Assembly (NCBI GenBank): GCA_963841205.1
Contig: CAWJCH010000011.1
Coordinates: 249,727 to 281,726, forward strand
DNA: 32,000 bases
Source: an uncultured Chloroflexia bacterium
Lineage (GTDB): Bacteria > Chloroflexota > Ktedonobacteria > Ktedonobacterales > JADMIN01
Reading direction: 5' to 3'
Below the pieces are notes generated by a model. That model was not told where the DNA came from, did no database searches, and saw only the letters and a program-made list of their open reading frames with translations. The number at the start of each line of letters is the position of its first letter. Within the stretch, counting starts at the first letter, position 1. Of the stretch, positions 1 through 10,641 are shown piece by piece. A program made the position numbers and the translations under genes.

Positions 1-354
1 AATCACGAGATAGTCAAACGGCAGCTTGAGCAGGGTGGCGTCTCGCGGGCCAGGGATAACGAGTCGATCGCCACTCGGCGTGACCGTGACTTCGCGATTC
101 GCGATGTCGATCGCCGAGACGTTGCCGAGGACCAGTTTGACATGGCGGTTGAGCAAGGAGCGTTCGTCGTGGGAGAGCTGTAAGCCCTCCGAACCATTGA
201 AGGGCAGATAAAGCCAGCCGGGCATGTAGGCATGCTGGCCAGTGGTATCGACGACCGTGATCTCAGCCTCATCGCCGTGCAGTTCGCGGGCGACGATGTT
301 CGCCACGATGGTGCCGCCCACGCCGCCGCCCAGGATGACTATTCGCTTGGGCAT
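1..354 (-). CDS. FAD-dependent disulfide oxidoreductase, sulfide:quinone oxidoreductase (SQR)/NDH-2-like. Only the N-terminal 118 codons are present; the gene runs off the window start.
   Basis: Missing from the ORF track because it is open at the edge. Own translation of the minus strand from ATG (complement of 352-354): MPKRIVILGGGVGGTIVANIVARELHGDEAEITVVDTTGQHAYMPGWLYLPF... This is a Rossmann GGGxGG FAD motif. It is the last gene of the TusA/DsrE operon. Confidence 0.7.
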   Translation of the reverse strand, partial: MPKRIVILGGGVGGTIVANIVARELHGDEAEITVVDTTGQHAYMPGWLYLPFNGSEGLQLSHDERSLLNRHVKLVLGNVSAIDIANREVTVTPSGDRLVIPGPRDATLLKLPFDYLVI

Positions 355-385
355 GTCGCGCCTCCTCGCGGGTTTCCGCGATAGA

Positions 386-634
386 TCAATGCGTCTTGCG
401 CGCGACGAAGCGAGTGTAACCCTGCTCTTCGAATGCGCCGATGAACTCGTGTCCGGCCTTCGCTACCCAGGCGGGAATGTCTTTGGCGGAGCCGGGATCG
501 GAGGAGAGTACCGCGAGGACGCCGCCGACCGGCAGCACTTTCATCCCGCGGATCAGTTCCATGAGCGGCCCGGGGCAGAAGCTGCCGCGAGCGTCGATCT
601 CTTTGTCAACAGTGACGCCAGTTGGGGTTGCCAT
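386..634 (-). CDS. tusA: TusA/SirA-like sulfur carrier protein
   Basis: 82-aa ORF with the CPxP active-site motif (RGSFCPGPLMEL). GGAG RBS upstream of ATG at 634. Tightly spaced in the operon. Confidence 0.85.
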   Translation of the reverse strand: MATPTGVTVDKEIDARGSFCPGPLMELIRGMKVLPVGGVLAVLSSDPGSAKDIPAWVAKAGHEFIGAFEEQGYTRFVARKTH

Positions 635-710
635 CGTATCCGCTCCAATTCGTTACGTGAACGGTCGACCATGTGCGATGTCATTGGTCGCCGCCGATTT
701 CGCACTGTCG

Positions 711-1211
711 CTAGATGAACAGGCTGACCTCGCTCTGCCGCGCGCGCTCGACAAAGGTGGCGACGCCAGTGATCTCATCGACGATCGGCTCCATATCCTC
801 AAGCTTGAGGTTGTAGAGCTCCATCGTCATGCTGCACGCGGCGACATGGACGCTGCCGATCTCTTTCGCGCCGAGCAGGTTCTCCATCCAGGTGGAGACG
901 TGCTTCTCGCGCATCGCCTCTTGCATCGTGGGGCCGTAGTCGGCGAAGTCCGCGCTGATACGCGTGTTGGTCTTGTAGTCGTCTTTGCGGAAGGCTACCA
1001 AGCCCCAGGTCGTCAGGAATAGTTCAACCTCCATCCCCATCGCGGCGGCGCCGGTCGCCAGGATCGAGGCGGCCATCAGCTTGTCCACCGTGCCCGAGAA
1101 GACGACGATGGACATGCGATGCGCCTTCTCCGGCGTCGGTGTGGCCTCAAGGACGCTTGTTGGCTGCTGCACGGGATGTGCCTCCTCGGGCTTGTGGGTG
1201 TGTCCAAACAT
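711..1211 (-). CDS. DsrE/DsrF-like (COG2210-type) sulfur relay protein
   Basis: The C-terminal 134 aa of ORF 711..1451 match the DsrE-like fold pattern (VVFSGTVDKL...AAMGMEVELFLT...ACSMTMELY). Start trimmed to ATG 1211 (GGAG RBS about 9 nt upstream) because the upstream part of the ORF overlaps the next tusA gene. An alternative start is MSIVV about 96 nt downstream. Confidence 0.75.
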   Translation of the reverse strand: MFGHTHKPEEAHPVQQPTSVLEATPTPEKAHRMSIVVFSGTVDKLMAASILATGAAAMGMEVELFLTTWGLVAFRKDDYKTNTRISADFADYGPTMQEAMREKHVSTWMENLLGAKEIGSVHVAACSMTMELYNLKLEDMEPIVDEITGVATFVERARQSEVSLFI

Positions 1212-1258
1212 TTCGAGTACTCCATTTCGAGATCGCGGGCGCGCTGCGCGTGCGGGCC

Positions 1259-1501
1259 CTATGCCGTCTTCTGCACGTAGAAGGTCAAGACGCCGTTTTC
1301 CTCGGCGGTGTTGAGGAGGATGTTGCCAGTTTTCTCGCACCAAGCGGGGATGTCGGCCTTCGCGCCAGCGTCCGTCGCCGCGATGGCGATCACCTGGCCA
1401 GTTGGTAATGTGCGCATGGCCTTCGCCAGCGTGAGGATCGGCATCGGGCACATCTGGCCCTTGGCATCTACAAAGCTGTCAACGTGAAGTGTCGGAGCCA
1501 T
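1259..1501 (-). CDS. tusA: TusA/SirA-like sulfur carrier protein (second copy)
   Basis: Internal ATG at 1501 of ORF 1259..1729 gives MAPTLHVDSFVDAKGQMCPMPILTL..., with a CPxP motif. AAGGA RBS upstream. Confidence 0.85.
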   Translation of the reverse strand: MAPTLHVDSFVDAKGQMCPMPILTLAKAMRTLPTGQVIAIAATDAGAKADIPAWCEKTGNILLNTAEENGVLTFYVQKTA

Positions 1502-1575
1502 GGGAACTCTCGTCCTTTCGTATCGCGCGCTCTCTGTCGGGCGCGTTCTTTCTAAGGAACGTTCAGTCGTAGCGG

Positions 1576-2190
1576 CTAGATGAACAGCGTCGTATGCGCG
1601 CCGGAGGCGAAGTTGAGGAAAGTGGCCGCGCCGCCGACCTCGACCCCGTCGATCAGGTCTTCGCACTTGAGGCCGAAGACGTCCATCGTCATCTGGCAGC
1701 CGATCAGCTTGACGCCGAGATCGGCGCACTGCTGCAACAACTCGGGAAGTGTCGCCACGTTGTGCTTGGCGAAGTATTGGGTGCGCATCATCCAGGTCGC
1801 CATCGGCGTCATGCCGGGCAGCATGCCAAGGATGTTGGGCATCGGCACGGGCATCGCGGGGTTGGCGATCGGCGCGACCTTGAGGTGCTCCGCGCCGCCC
1901 TTCTTGATGATGTTCAGTCCGTAGAAGGTGAAGAAGATCTCCACGTTCATGCCCATCGCCGCCGCCGCCGAGGCCAGAATCAGCGGGGGATAGGCCATGT
2001 CCAGCGTGCCCTTCGAGGCGATGATGGCGACCGTGTTCTTGGCGGGGTCCTTCTTCATCGCGAGGGCAACTTCGTCGCCGACCAGCTGCTTGAGCTGCTT
2101 TGTGACCAGCTCATCCACCCGGTCTTGGACGAGCTTTTCCATGTCCACCGTGAGCGTCATGTGCTCACGATCCGCCACTGGGGCTGCCAT
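1576..2190 (-). CDS. DsrE/DsrF-like (COG2210-type) sulfur relay protein with N-terminal extension
   Basis: 204-aa ORF. Motifs: IIASKGTLDMAYPPLILASAAAAMGMNVEIFFTFYG and conserved Cys in LIGCQMTMDVFG. AAGGAGA RBS. Confidence 0.8.
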   Translation of the reverse strand: MAAPVADREHMTLTVDMEKLVQDRVDELVTKQLKQLVGDEVALAMKKDPAKNTVAIIASKGTLDMAYPPLILASAAAAMGMNVEIFFTFYGLNIIKKGGAEHLKVAPIANPAMPVPMPNILGMLPGMTPMATWMMRTQYFAKHNVATLPELLQQCADLGVKLIGCQMTMDVFGLKCEDLIDGVEVGGAATFLNFASGAHTTLFI

Positions 2191-2290
2191 ATCGGTCTCC
2201 TTTGCGGCGGTAGCATCCCGCCACGGTGAAGACGGTCTCCGGAGCGGATTCTCCGCGATGGCCGTGTGCGCTGGGGGTCGATCGAGGGCG

Positions 2291-2564
2291 CTAGCGCGTC
2301 AGCTTCGCCATGACCTCCACGAAATGGGCGAGCACCGCTTCGGGGCGCTCATCTCGCAGACATTGCGTGGCGAAGCGTTCCAGCGCCTGCATGGTGACGG
2401 CGTGTGACGCCGCCCGCAGCGCAGTGAGTTGATCGACAATGGCCTCGCAGTCGCGCCCCTCCTTCGAGCATCCGTTGGATACCGCGCGCCTGCCCCTCAA
2501 TGGACTTGAGGCGGGCGATCAGTGCCGTTCGTGATGCGTCGTCGACTTGCGCGGTGTTGAGCAT
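2291..2564 (-). pseudogene. CsoR/RcnR-family (DUF156) repressor, CstR-like x-C-x-C type, split by one frameshift
   Basis: Two overlapping ORFs (2349..2573 and 2291..2500) together read ...RLKSIEGQARGIQRMLEGG | RDCEAIVDQLTALRAASHAVTMQALERFATQCLRDE... The frame break is at the C4 run 2456-2459 (G4 in gene sense). ATG at 2564 (the track start 2573 is TTG). Confidence 0.75.
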
Positions 2565-2588
2565 GGCAAGCAACTCACGTTCCTACCG

Positions 2589-2612
2589 GACACCCCACCC
2601 CCTGGGGGTGTC
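2589..2612. promoter_or_regulatory. Candidate CsoR-type operator (GC-tract inverted repeat)
   Basis: GACACCCC-ACCCCCTG-GGGGTGTC has perfect 8-bp arms. It lies 25 nt upstream of the csoR-like ATG. It resembles known CsoR/CstR operators of the type xACCCC...GGGGTx. Confidence 0.55.
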
Positions 2613-2899
2613 TGGCTTCATTCACAAGTAAAGCAGCGGCTCATAGCGGGCCGGTCTCGAAGACACGTTGGCCCGTCACTGCCACGTCACAGATGCGCGA
2701 GCAGGAGTTTGGCGCTCAGAGGTAGCCTGCGGGGAGTTGACTAGCTGCCTTGCACGCCTCGCGGACGCTGGAGAAACGCGACTTGTAGTCGTGCGAAAAA
2801 TGGGCCACGGCGCTCTGGGGGATCGCACCTGCAACGGTGGGCTGTGAACATACAGTAATCGGTCGGCGATTCGCGATGCTTGCCATCCGCATGTGCAGC

Positions 2900-2917
2900 G
2901 GTTCTCTTCACCTCCGC
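2900..2917 (+). repeat. Dispersed motif copy a (GGTTCTCTTCACCTCCGC, exact consensus)
   Basis: Exact 18-mer. Related copies at 14285, 14314 (inverted), 17875, 22622 and 29446. Confidence 0.8.
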
Positions 2918-2947
2918 GATGAAGCATGCGACGAATGATATACCTGA

Positions 2948-3176
2948 CGAGGCGAGCTGGTGCGAGATCGGCGGCGCCAGTTGAGGCTGCCGATACCCGT
3001 CGCCGACAAGGTTCTTCCTTTCTCCCCTGACACACTATACTCGTCGTCACCCGTGGAGGCCGGAGAAGATCGCATGTCTGAAGCTTGGGAGACATTGCGA
3101 GCAGCCGAACAAGCGGGGAGACCCCGACGCTTACTGCGTGAGCTGGAGGAGGTCTACCTGACCGAGATGGAGGCCC
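2948..3176 (+). pseudogene. Remnant of small HTH (excisionase/MerR-like HTH_17-type) ORF, paralog of 22062..22404; lacks a start codon
   Basis: Reads RGELVRDRRRQLRLPIPVADKVLPF...MSEAWETLRAAEQAGRPRRLLRELEEVYLTE. It shares amino-acid-level similarity, with synonymous codon differences, with the copy at 22062. A TGA sits where the paralog has ATG. Confidence 0.45.
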
Positions 3177-3350
3177 GCTGGAGAGGATTTCCTCGCCAAA
3201 CTGGAAAGGGCCAACGGTATCGTGATGGAGAGGCGGGTCCTTTGCCAATTGCCTTGGGCTGCTCAGCGGCGAACTCGCCACATCCACCTGGAACCTTGCG
3301 CCGGCGCCTGCTAAATGCCGCCCTGCGGCACAATGTGATAGTAGGCGCGG

Positions 3351-3860
3351 CTACGCCCGATGGGCCGAATGCGCTCGCTCGGCTACCTCCGGCTTGGGGG
3401 CGACAAAACGAAAGACTGGGTATGCTCCCGCGATCCGCTCGAAATCTGGCAGGGGCGCATCCTTATCCACCGGCATGTGCGGACGTGCTCCCGGCGCACG
3501 CCGCAGGTATGCCTTCAGGATCGGCGCGCGCTGCTCCACGGGCACCTCTTCGAGCTGGACCGCTTCACGCTTGCGGGTGCGGATCGCTGCCTGTCCGCCC
3601 GTCGCCCGCACGTTCTTCACCCATTGCACGTCCTCGCCCAGCATGGAGACCAGGTAACGCTCTCCCTTGAAGGCGAGGACGGCTATCGGCAGCGAGACGG
3701 TCCGCCCTGATGTGCGCCCGCTCACTTCCAACGTCGCCAGTCCATAACGGGCAAAGAGGCCCAACGAGCTCAGCACTACGGCCTCGCGATTGAAGAGTCG
3801 TCCCAGCCAGTTTGGGTGGTGCCCACGATACATCCACCGCTTGAATGCGCCTCTGGTCAT
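3351..3860 (-). CDS. Deazaflavin (F420H2)-dependent nitroreductase/quinone reductase family protein (Ddn/DUF385-like)
   Basis: ATG 3860 with AGGAGG RBS. Contains ...LEVSGRTSGRTVSLPIAVLAFKGERYLVSMLGEDVQWVKNVRATGG..., the split-barrel pattern of this family. Confidence 0.65.
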   Translation of the reverse strand: MTRGAFKRWMYRGHHPNWLGRLFNREAVVLSSLGLFARYGLATLEVSGRTSGRTVSLPIAVLAFKGERYLVSMLGEDVQWVKNVRATGGQAAIRTRKREAVQLEEVPVEQRAPILKAYLRRAPGARPHMPVDKDAPLPDFERIAGAYPVFRFVAPKPEVAERAHSAHRA

Positions 3861-3871
3861 TCCGACGCCTC

Positions 3872-4636
3872 CTAGCTCACCGAAGGAGTGTTGCCCGCCC
3901 CCTGCGTCAGTCGCAGCAATACCTCGAAGGCCGCCGGACTCTGGAGATCGGCCAGGAACGGCACGCCCGCGGCGGAGATTCCCCAATTCCCGTAGGCGAT
4001 AGTGATGGCGGCGAGCACGTAGACGCTGTCGCCAGCACCCTCGACCGACGCGGTGAAATGCACTGGGCGAGTCACGCCGTGCAGCGCGAGAGTGCCTGTC
4101 GCGGCGAAGCGCTCGACGACGCTATTCGCCGGGATGGCCCCCACCATGATGGGACTGGTGAGCGTCAGCGTGCCAGTCGGGTAGGCGCCGGGGTCAAAGA
4201 CGGTGCTGCGCGTCGTCTTGCTCAGGCTGCTGGTCAGCGCAGCCATGTCCACGCTGAACGATCCCTGCGTGACCGCGCCGTTGGCTACGGTAATAGAGCC
4301 CCATACCTTATCGGTGCGGCCAACGAGCGGCGCTTCCTGGCCGAAAAGCACCTGCTGGATCCGCCAGCCGACGATGGATCCCGACCCTGCCTTCCAATCG
4401 CCGTCCATCGTGGCCTCGCTCGACGGGCCGCTGACGACCCGCGGCAGCGTGAGCGGCGCCGGCGCGGTGATCGTATGCACATAGATGGAGGTGCCGCCGA
4501 CGATGAGCACCGCGAGGCCAATGACAATGCCGACGGTCCACCGCAACCAACGGGACCACCCTCGGCGTCGCACGTGACCAGACAACTCGCTCCGAGCTGG
4601 CACCGTTGACAGCGGAGGTGTTGCTCCCGTGTGCAT
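3872..4636 (-). CDS. YceI-like domain protein with N-terminal membrane anchor
   Basis: ATG 4636 (GAAGGAAGG RBS). TM helix WTVGIVIGLAVLIVGG. YceI-like pattern ...GTLALHGVTRPVHFTASVE... Its stop is 12 nt from the Ddn-like start. Confidence 0.7.
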   Translation of the reverse strand: MHTGATPPLSTVPARSELSGHVRRRGWSRWLRWTVGIVIGLAVLIVGGTSIYVHTITAPAPLTLPRVVSGPSSEATMDGDWKAGSGSIVGWRIQQVLFGQEAPLVGRTDKVWGSITVANGAVTQGSFSVDMAALTSSLSKTTRSTVFDPGAYPTGTLTLTSPIMVGAIPANSVVERFAATGTLALHGVTRPVHFTASVEGAGDSVYVLAAITIAYGNWGISAAGVPFLADLQSPAAFEVLLRLTQGAGNTPSVS

Positions 4637-5236
4637 AGCTGACCTTCCTTCGCTCGTGTCGGGCGGGTAGCGAGCTTGGAGCAAAGCACCCCGTCGAGAC
4701 GCCTACCCCTGATTACCCACGCATGCTACGCCTGCCAAATCGCGCCCGCGGCACAACCAGGCGCACCTTGTCACATCGGCATCACGGTGGAGGGCACAGC
4801 GAATGAGCAACCGGCCAATGTTGCTCGACCAGATGGAGAGCTGCTCTGACCTGCCACCCGAAATAAGGCTCTGTTCCGATCTTGGTGCACAGAGAGTGGT
4901 TGGAGGCAGGGGTGCAATGCCGTAGCCAGGCGGATGGACGTTCTCCGTCGGCTCGGCATCGTATTGACTTTGCTGCCGTTCTCCAACTCCCTGTAGGCGT
5001 CCAGTTGGTCAGCGTGACGCTGCCGCGGCGTAGTGAAGGCGATGTATGAGCCTGTCTTCGCGGGCGCCGTCAGGCGACGTCAAGCGTCCAGCGCTGAGGT
5101 ACCCCTGCGCTCGGGATGTTGCTGTGAGATCAGGACCGAGCTTCGAGCGGGCGGCGTGATGTCATGCCTGCATGCTGTGCATCGGAGCCTTCGGGTGCGA
5201 AGGTCCAGGAATGTCGTTTCGGAAGAGGTGAATTCC

Positions 5237-6018
5237 ATGGCTACGCAACAGAGCACGATTTCCCGATGGGGCGCGATCGCCATCAGCCTCGTCGCCGGCG
5301 GCTGGACGGTGTTCCACCTCATCTGGAACCTCGTGCTCAAGAACACGACCGACGACTATTGGGGGCAGGCGCTGCTCGTGCTGTTCGTCCTCGCCCTCAT
5401 CCTGGCATTCGTCCGCTATTTTCAGGAACGCGCCGCCCTCAACGCCTCGACCGCGCAAGATGAGTTCCCCGAGCCGGCCATCGCGAAGTTCTTCCTCGGC
5501 TCGTCCGGCTCCGCGGCGCTCTGGTTCGTGCTGCGCATGAACGTGGGCGCACAGTGGCTCCTCGCCGGGTGGGAGAAGGTCAGGCAGCGAGTCTGGGCGG
5601 ACGAGCGGCAACGCGCTGACGGGCTTTGTCGAGGGGGCCTCGAAGGGGGCGAGCGGCGCGAATCCCTCCGTGCAGGGCTGGTAGCGAACTTCCTGCAGTA
5701 CTGGGTGCTGCCCCATGCGGCCTCTTCGCGTTCCTGGTGAGCTGGGGTGAGGTTGCGGTCGGGCTGGGGGTGCTGGTCGGCGCGCTCACCGGCATCGCGG
5801 CCGGGTTCGGCGTCCTGATGAACCTCAACTACCTGCTGTCCGGCGTGGTGAGCATCAACCCGGTGCTGGGCATGTTCGGGCTGTTCCTCTGCTTCGCCTG
5901 GCGCGTCGCCGGCCAGATCGGCCTCGACCGCTGGCTACTGCCAGCCCTCGGGCTGCCCTGGAAGCCGGGCTCGCTCTTCGCCGCGTCCCAGGTGAAGGCG
6001 ACGGTCCCCGTCTCGTAG
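5237..6018 (+). pseudogene. DoxX/DoxD-like membrane protein, at least three frame disruptions
   Basis: Starts MATQQSTISRWGAI... (GAGG RBS). Continuity ...AGWEKV / GNALTGFVEGASKGASGANPSVQGW / (Y)ANFLQYWVLPHAA / LFAFLVSWGEVAVGLGVLVGALTG... needs frame changes near 5580-5606 (+1), 5682 (-1) and 5721 (-1). Confidence 0.65.
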
Positions 6019-6344
6019 GCGCATGTCCTTCGGCCGGGCCGAGCGGGATTCTCACGGACCGCTGAAGCCGCAACAGCTTCAGCGGTCCATTGGCACGTCA
6101 ACGACTACGGTATGACATGGCGTGGGCTATGTCCGTCGCTCTGCCCGTGCCACGGGTGCCGTCAGTGGACTCCCTCCGACGCGGTGTCCTACATGAATAA
6201 CGCAGTCGAAGCTGCGTATTGTGACGTTCACGTGATAATGGATCACTGCTGCTTGACCACCTTGTGACCAGTAACCGATACATTTTCGACCACGAAGTAT
6301 GCCGGCTTTCCGGTGCCGTTATCCTCTATATCGTCGGCTCACCG

Positions 6345-7528
6345 ATGGCGGAGGGAGTAGATCCAATGGGCGATCCTGCGGCTATCAAAGACGGAGTCTG
6401 GGCAGCGGTCGAGAGGCGTGGCATCTCGCGGCGCGATTTTCTCAAATTCTGTTCGCTGATGACCGCTTCGTTGTCGCTGCCGATGCGGTACACGTCGCGC
6501 ATCGTCAAGGCACTTGAAGACCACGACGCGACCGGCGCTCGTCTGGCTCGAGTTCCAGGACTGCGCGGGCAACACCGAATCTGCACTGCGCGCCTCGCAT
6601 CCCACCTTCGCCGACATCGTGCTCGATCTGCTCTCGTGGAACTACCATGAGACGGTCATGGCGCCTTCGGGCAAGGCTGCGGAGAAATCGCTCAACGACA
6701 CGGTGACGCAGCTGAAAGGCAAGTACCTCGCGGTGGTCGAGGGCTCCATCCCGGTCGGCGACGGCGGCATCTACTGCACGATCGGAGGACGCGCCGCGCT
6801 CGACATCGCCAAGGAGGTCTGCGGCAACGCCTACGCGACGATCGCCGTCGGCACCTGCGCCTCGTTCGGCGGCATTCCGGCGGCGGCGGGCGGCGTCGAC
6901 CGGCGCGCTCGGCGTGAACGATGCCATTCCCGGCTTGAACCTCATCAACCTGAGCGCATGCCCGATGAATGGCGCCAACCTCGCGGCGACCATCGTCCAC
7001 TGGCTGACCTTCAAGGAACTTCCGGCCACCGACGAGCTGCACCGACCACTCTTCGCCCACGGCGACCGCATCCACGACGCCTGCCCGCGCCGCGCGCACT
7101 ACGACGCTGGCCAGTTCGTGGAGGAGTGGGGCGACGAGGGCCATCAGCAGGGCTGGTGCCTCTACAAGATGGGCTGCAAAGGTCCGGCCACCAACTACAA
7201 CTGCCCCAAGATTCAGTGGAATGACGGCACCAACTGGCCGATCGGCGTCGGACACGGCTGCGTGGGCTGCGCGGAGCCGCAGTTCTGGGACACGGATGAC
7301 GCCCTTCTATGGCAGGCTGCCGGACGTCAAGGGCTTCGGCGTCGATCTGACCGCCGAGGAGGTCGGGAATCGGCGTGATCGGCGCGGTCGCCGGCCTGAC
7401 CGCAGTCGCATGCCGTCGGCACCGCGGTTCGCTTGCATCGCCGCACGAATGCCGCGAGCCACCGGCCCAGCCGCCGAGCCCACTCCAGCGGCGGTGCCCG
7501 ATCCGAGCACCAGCGAGGGAGCCACCCA

Positions 7529-7532
<4 letters not shown>
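6345..7532 (+). pseudogene. hupS: [NiFe] hydrogenase small subunit (group 1, Tat-exported), multiply frameshifted
   Basis: Tat motif GISRRDFLKF. Motifs: WLEFQDCAGNTES, GTCASFGG, LSACPMNG, HDACPRRAHYDAGQF, GWCLYKMGCKGP, GHGCVGCAEPQFWD, and C-terminal anchor [14 protein letters not shown]. Frame changes needed at about 6519, 6895, 7295, 7368 and at least twice more. The stop 7530-7532 overlaps the hupL ATG (ATGA). Alternative start at 6366. Confidence 0.85.
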
Positions 7533-9236
<1,704 letters not shown>

Positions 9237-9273
9237 ATCATACCGTCTCGCCGAACGCGCAGGAGGTGCGCCG

Positions 9274-10067
9274 ATGGATGTGCCGAAATCCGCCTCGGCT
9301 CCTATCAGCGAGGCTATCACGACCGACCTCGCCGAGCCAAGGGTCTCGGTCTACGTGTGGGATCTGCCGGTCCGCATCACGCACTGGGTGAACGTGCTCT
9401 CGATCCTCGTGCTCTCGATCACCGGCTACTACATCGCCAACCCGTTCGTCACGACGACCGGACCCGCGGCGGACCAGTTCCTGATGGGCACGATCCGCTT
9501 CATCCACTTCAGCCGTGGCCTTCGTCTTCACGATGAGCGTGCTGTTCCGCGTGTACTGGGCCTTTGCCGGCTCGCAAGTACGCGCGCTGGAACCAGTTCC
9601 TGCCCGCCACGAGCGGACGGCGCAGAGCGCTCGGCAAGATGCTCGGCTACTACACCTTCGCCCGCCGAGAGCCGCCGAAGGAGGTGGGCCACAATCCGCT
9701 GGCTGGCGTCACCTATATCGGCCTCTACGTGTTGTTCTTCTTGCAGATCCTCACCGGGTTCGCCCTCTACTCGCAGGCCTTCACCGAGGGGGTTTGGAAG
9801 GCGCTCTTCGGCTGGATCATCGTGGCCTTCGGCGCACAGCCCGTGCGCCTGGCGCATGACATCATCATGTACCTGATCATCGCTTTCACCATTCATCACG
9901 TCTACAGCGCGATCGTGATCGATATGGAGGAGCGCAGCGGCCTCGTCTCCAGCATCGTCACCGGCTGGAAGTCCTTCACGAGAACCTACCTGAACGAAGC
10001 GACTCTTGAAGACCGCCCGGCGCGAGGCGGGCTCGCCAGGCGGAGAGCGAGGCGCAGCGATGGGTGA
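9274..10067 (+). pseudogene. hupC: Ni/Fe-hydrogenase b-type cytochrome subunit, two frameshifts
   Basis: AGGAGG RBS. Segments ...RITHWVNVLSILVLSITGYY...RFIHFS / VAFVFTMSVLFRVYWAFAGS / KYARWNQFLP...HNPLAG...HHVYSA. Extra bases at 9514 and 9575. Confidence 0.8.
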
Positions 10068-10641
10068 CCTCATCGAAACACCGCAGGGTGACACGCGACG
10101 CCAACAGGTGGTCGTGCTCGGCATGGGGAACGTCCTGCGCCGCGACGAAGGGCTGGGAATACGCGCACTGCACCGGCTTGTCGAGCGCTACACGCCGCGC
10201 GACGATCTACAGTTCGTCGACGGCGGGACGCTCGGACTCGAGCTGCTGAGCTACCTGGAGGATGCGACTCGCCTGCTGGTGCTGGACGCCGCGCTGACGG
10301 ACGGCGCTCCTGGTACACTCTTGCGGGTGGAAGACGACGAAATTCCGGCATTCTTCGGCATGCGCTCCTCGCCACACGAGGTAGGGCTGCCTGATCTGCT
10401 CGCCGTCACGCGGCTCCGCGGCACGAGACCGCCGGAGATCGTCGTCCTTGGCATGCAACCCGGCGTGATCGAGCTCGGCTGGGATCTCTCCGCCGAGGTC
10501 GTGGCCAAGCTTGACAGACTTGTGGACGCGGCTGTAGAGCAACTTCGCACGTGGGATATTCTTGAACACCCTTCCGAAATGGTGCCTCTCATCGGTGCTG
10601 AATCAGGCGAGCTAAAGGGAGCCGTCGCATGCACGAAGTAG
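10060..10641 (+). CDS. hupD: Hydrogenase maturation endopeptidase (HyaD/HupD/HybD family)
   Basis: MGDLIE...VVVLGMGNVLRRDEGLGIRAL...FVDGGTLGLELL...LLVLDA...SPHEVGLPDLL. The start overlaps the hupC stop. Confidence 0.85.
   Translation: MGDLIETPQGDTRRQQVVVLGMGNVLRRDEGLGIRALHRLVERYTPRDDLQFVDGGTLGLELLSYLEDATRLLVLDAALTDGAPGTLLRVEDDEIPAFFGMRSSPHEVGLPDLLAVTRLRGTRPPEIVVLGMQPGVIELGWDLSAEVVAKLDRLVDAAVEQLRTWDILEHPSEMVPLIGAESGELKGAVACTK

Noticed and set aside
2716-2895. 59-codon minus-strand ORF (MRMASIANRRPITV...AVAHFSHDYKSRFSSVREACKAASQLPAGYL) between the operator and motif copy a
   Set aside because: It has no RBS and no recognisable family, and it begins just after a stop inside the repeat. It is possibly a gene relic but is unsupported.
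2960-3670. 236-aa plus-strand ORF treated as one gene
   Set aside because: Only its first about 70 codons carry the conserved HTH-like sequence. The remainder is antisense to the well-supported Ddn-like gene and looks like read-through in GC-rich DNA.
4690-5236. About 550-bp gap between the YceI-like and DoxX-like genes, checked for RNA genes or small ORFs
   Set aside because: I found no tRNA-like T-loop/acceptor pattern, no riboswitch motif I recognise, and no ORF with an RBS. It is left unannotated.
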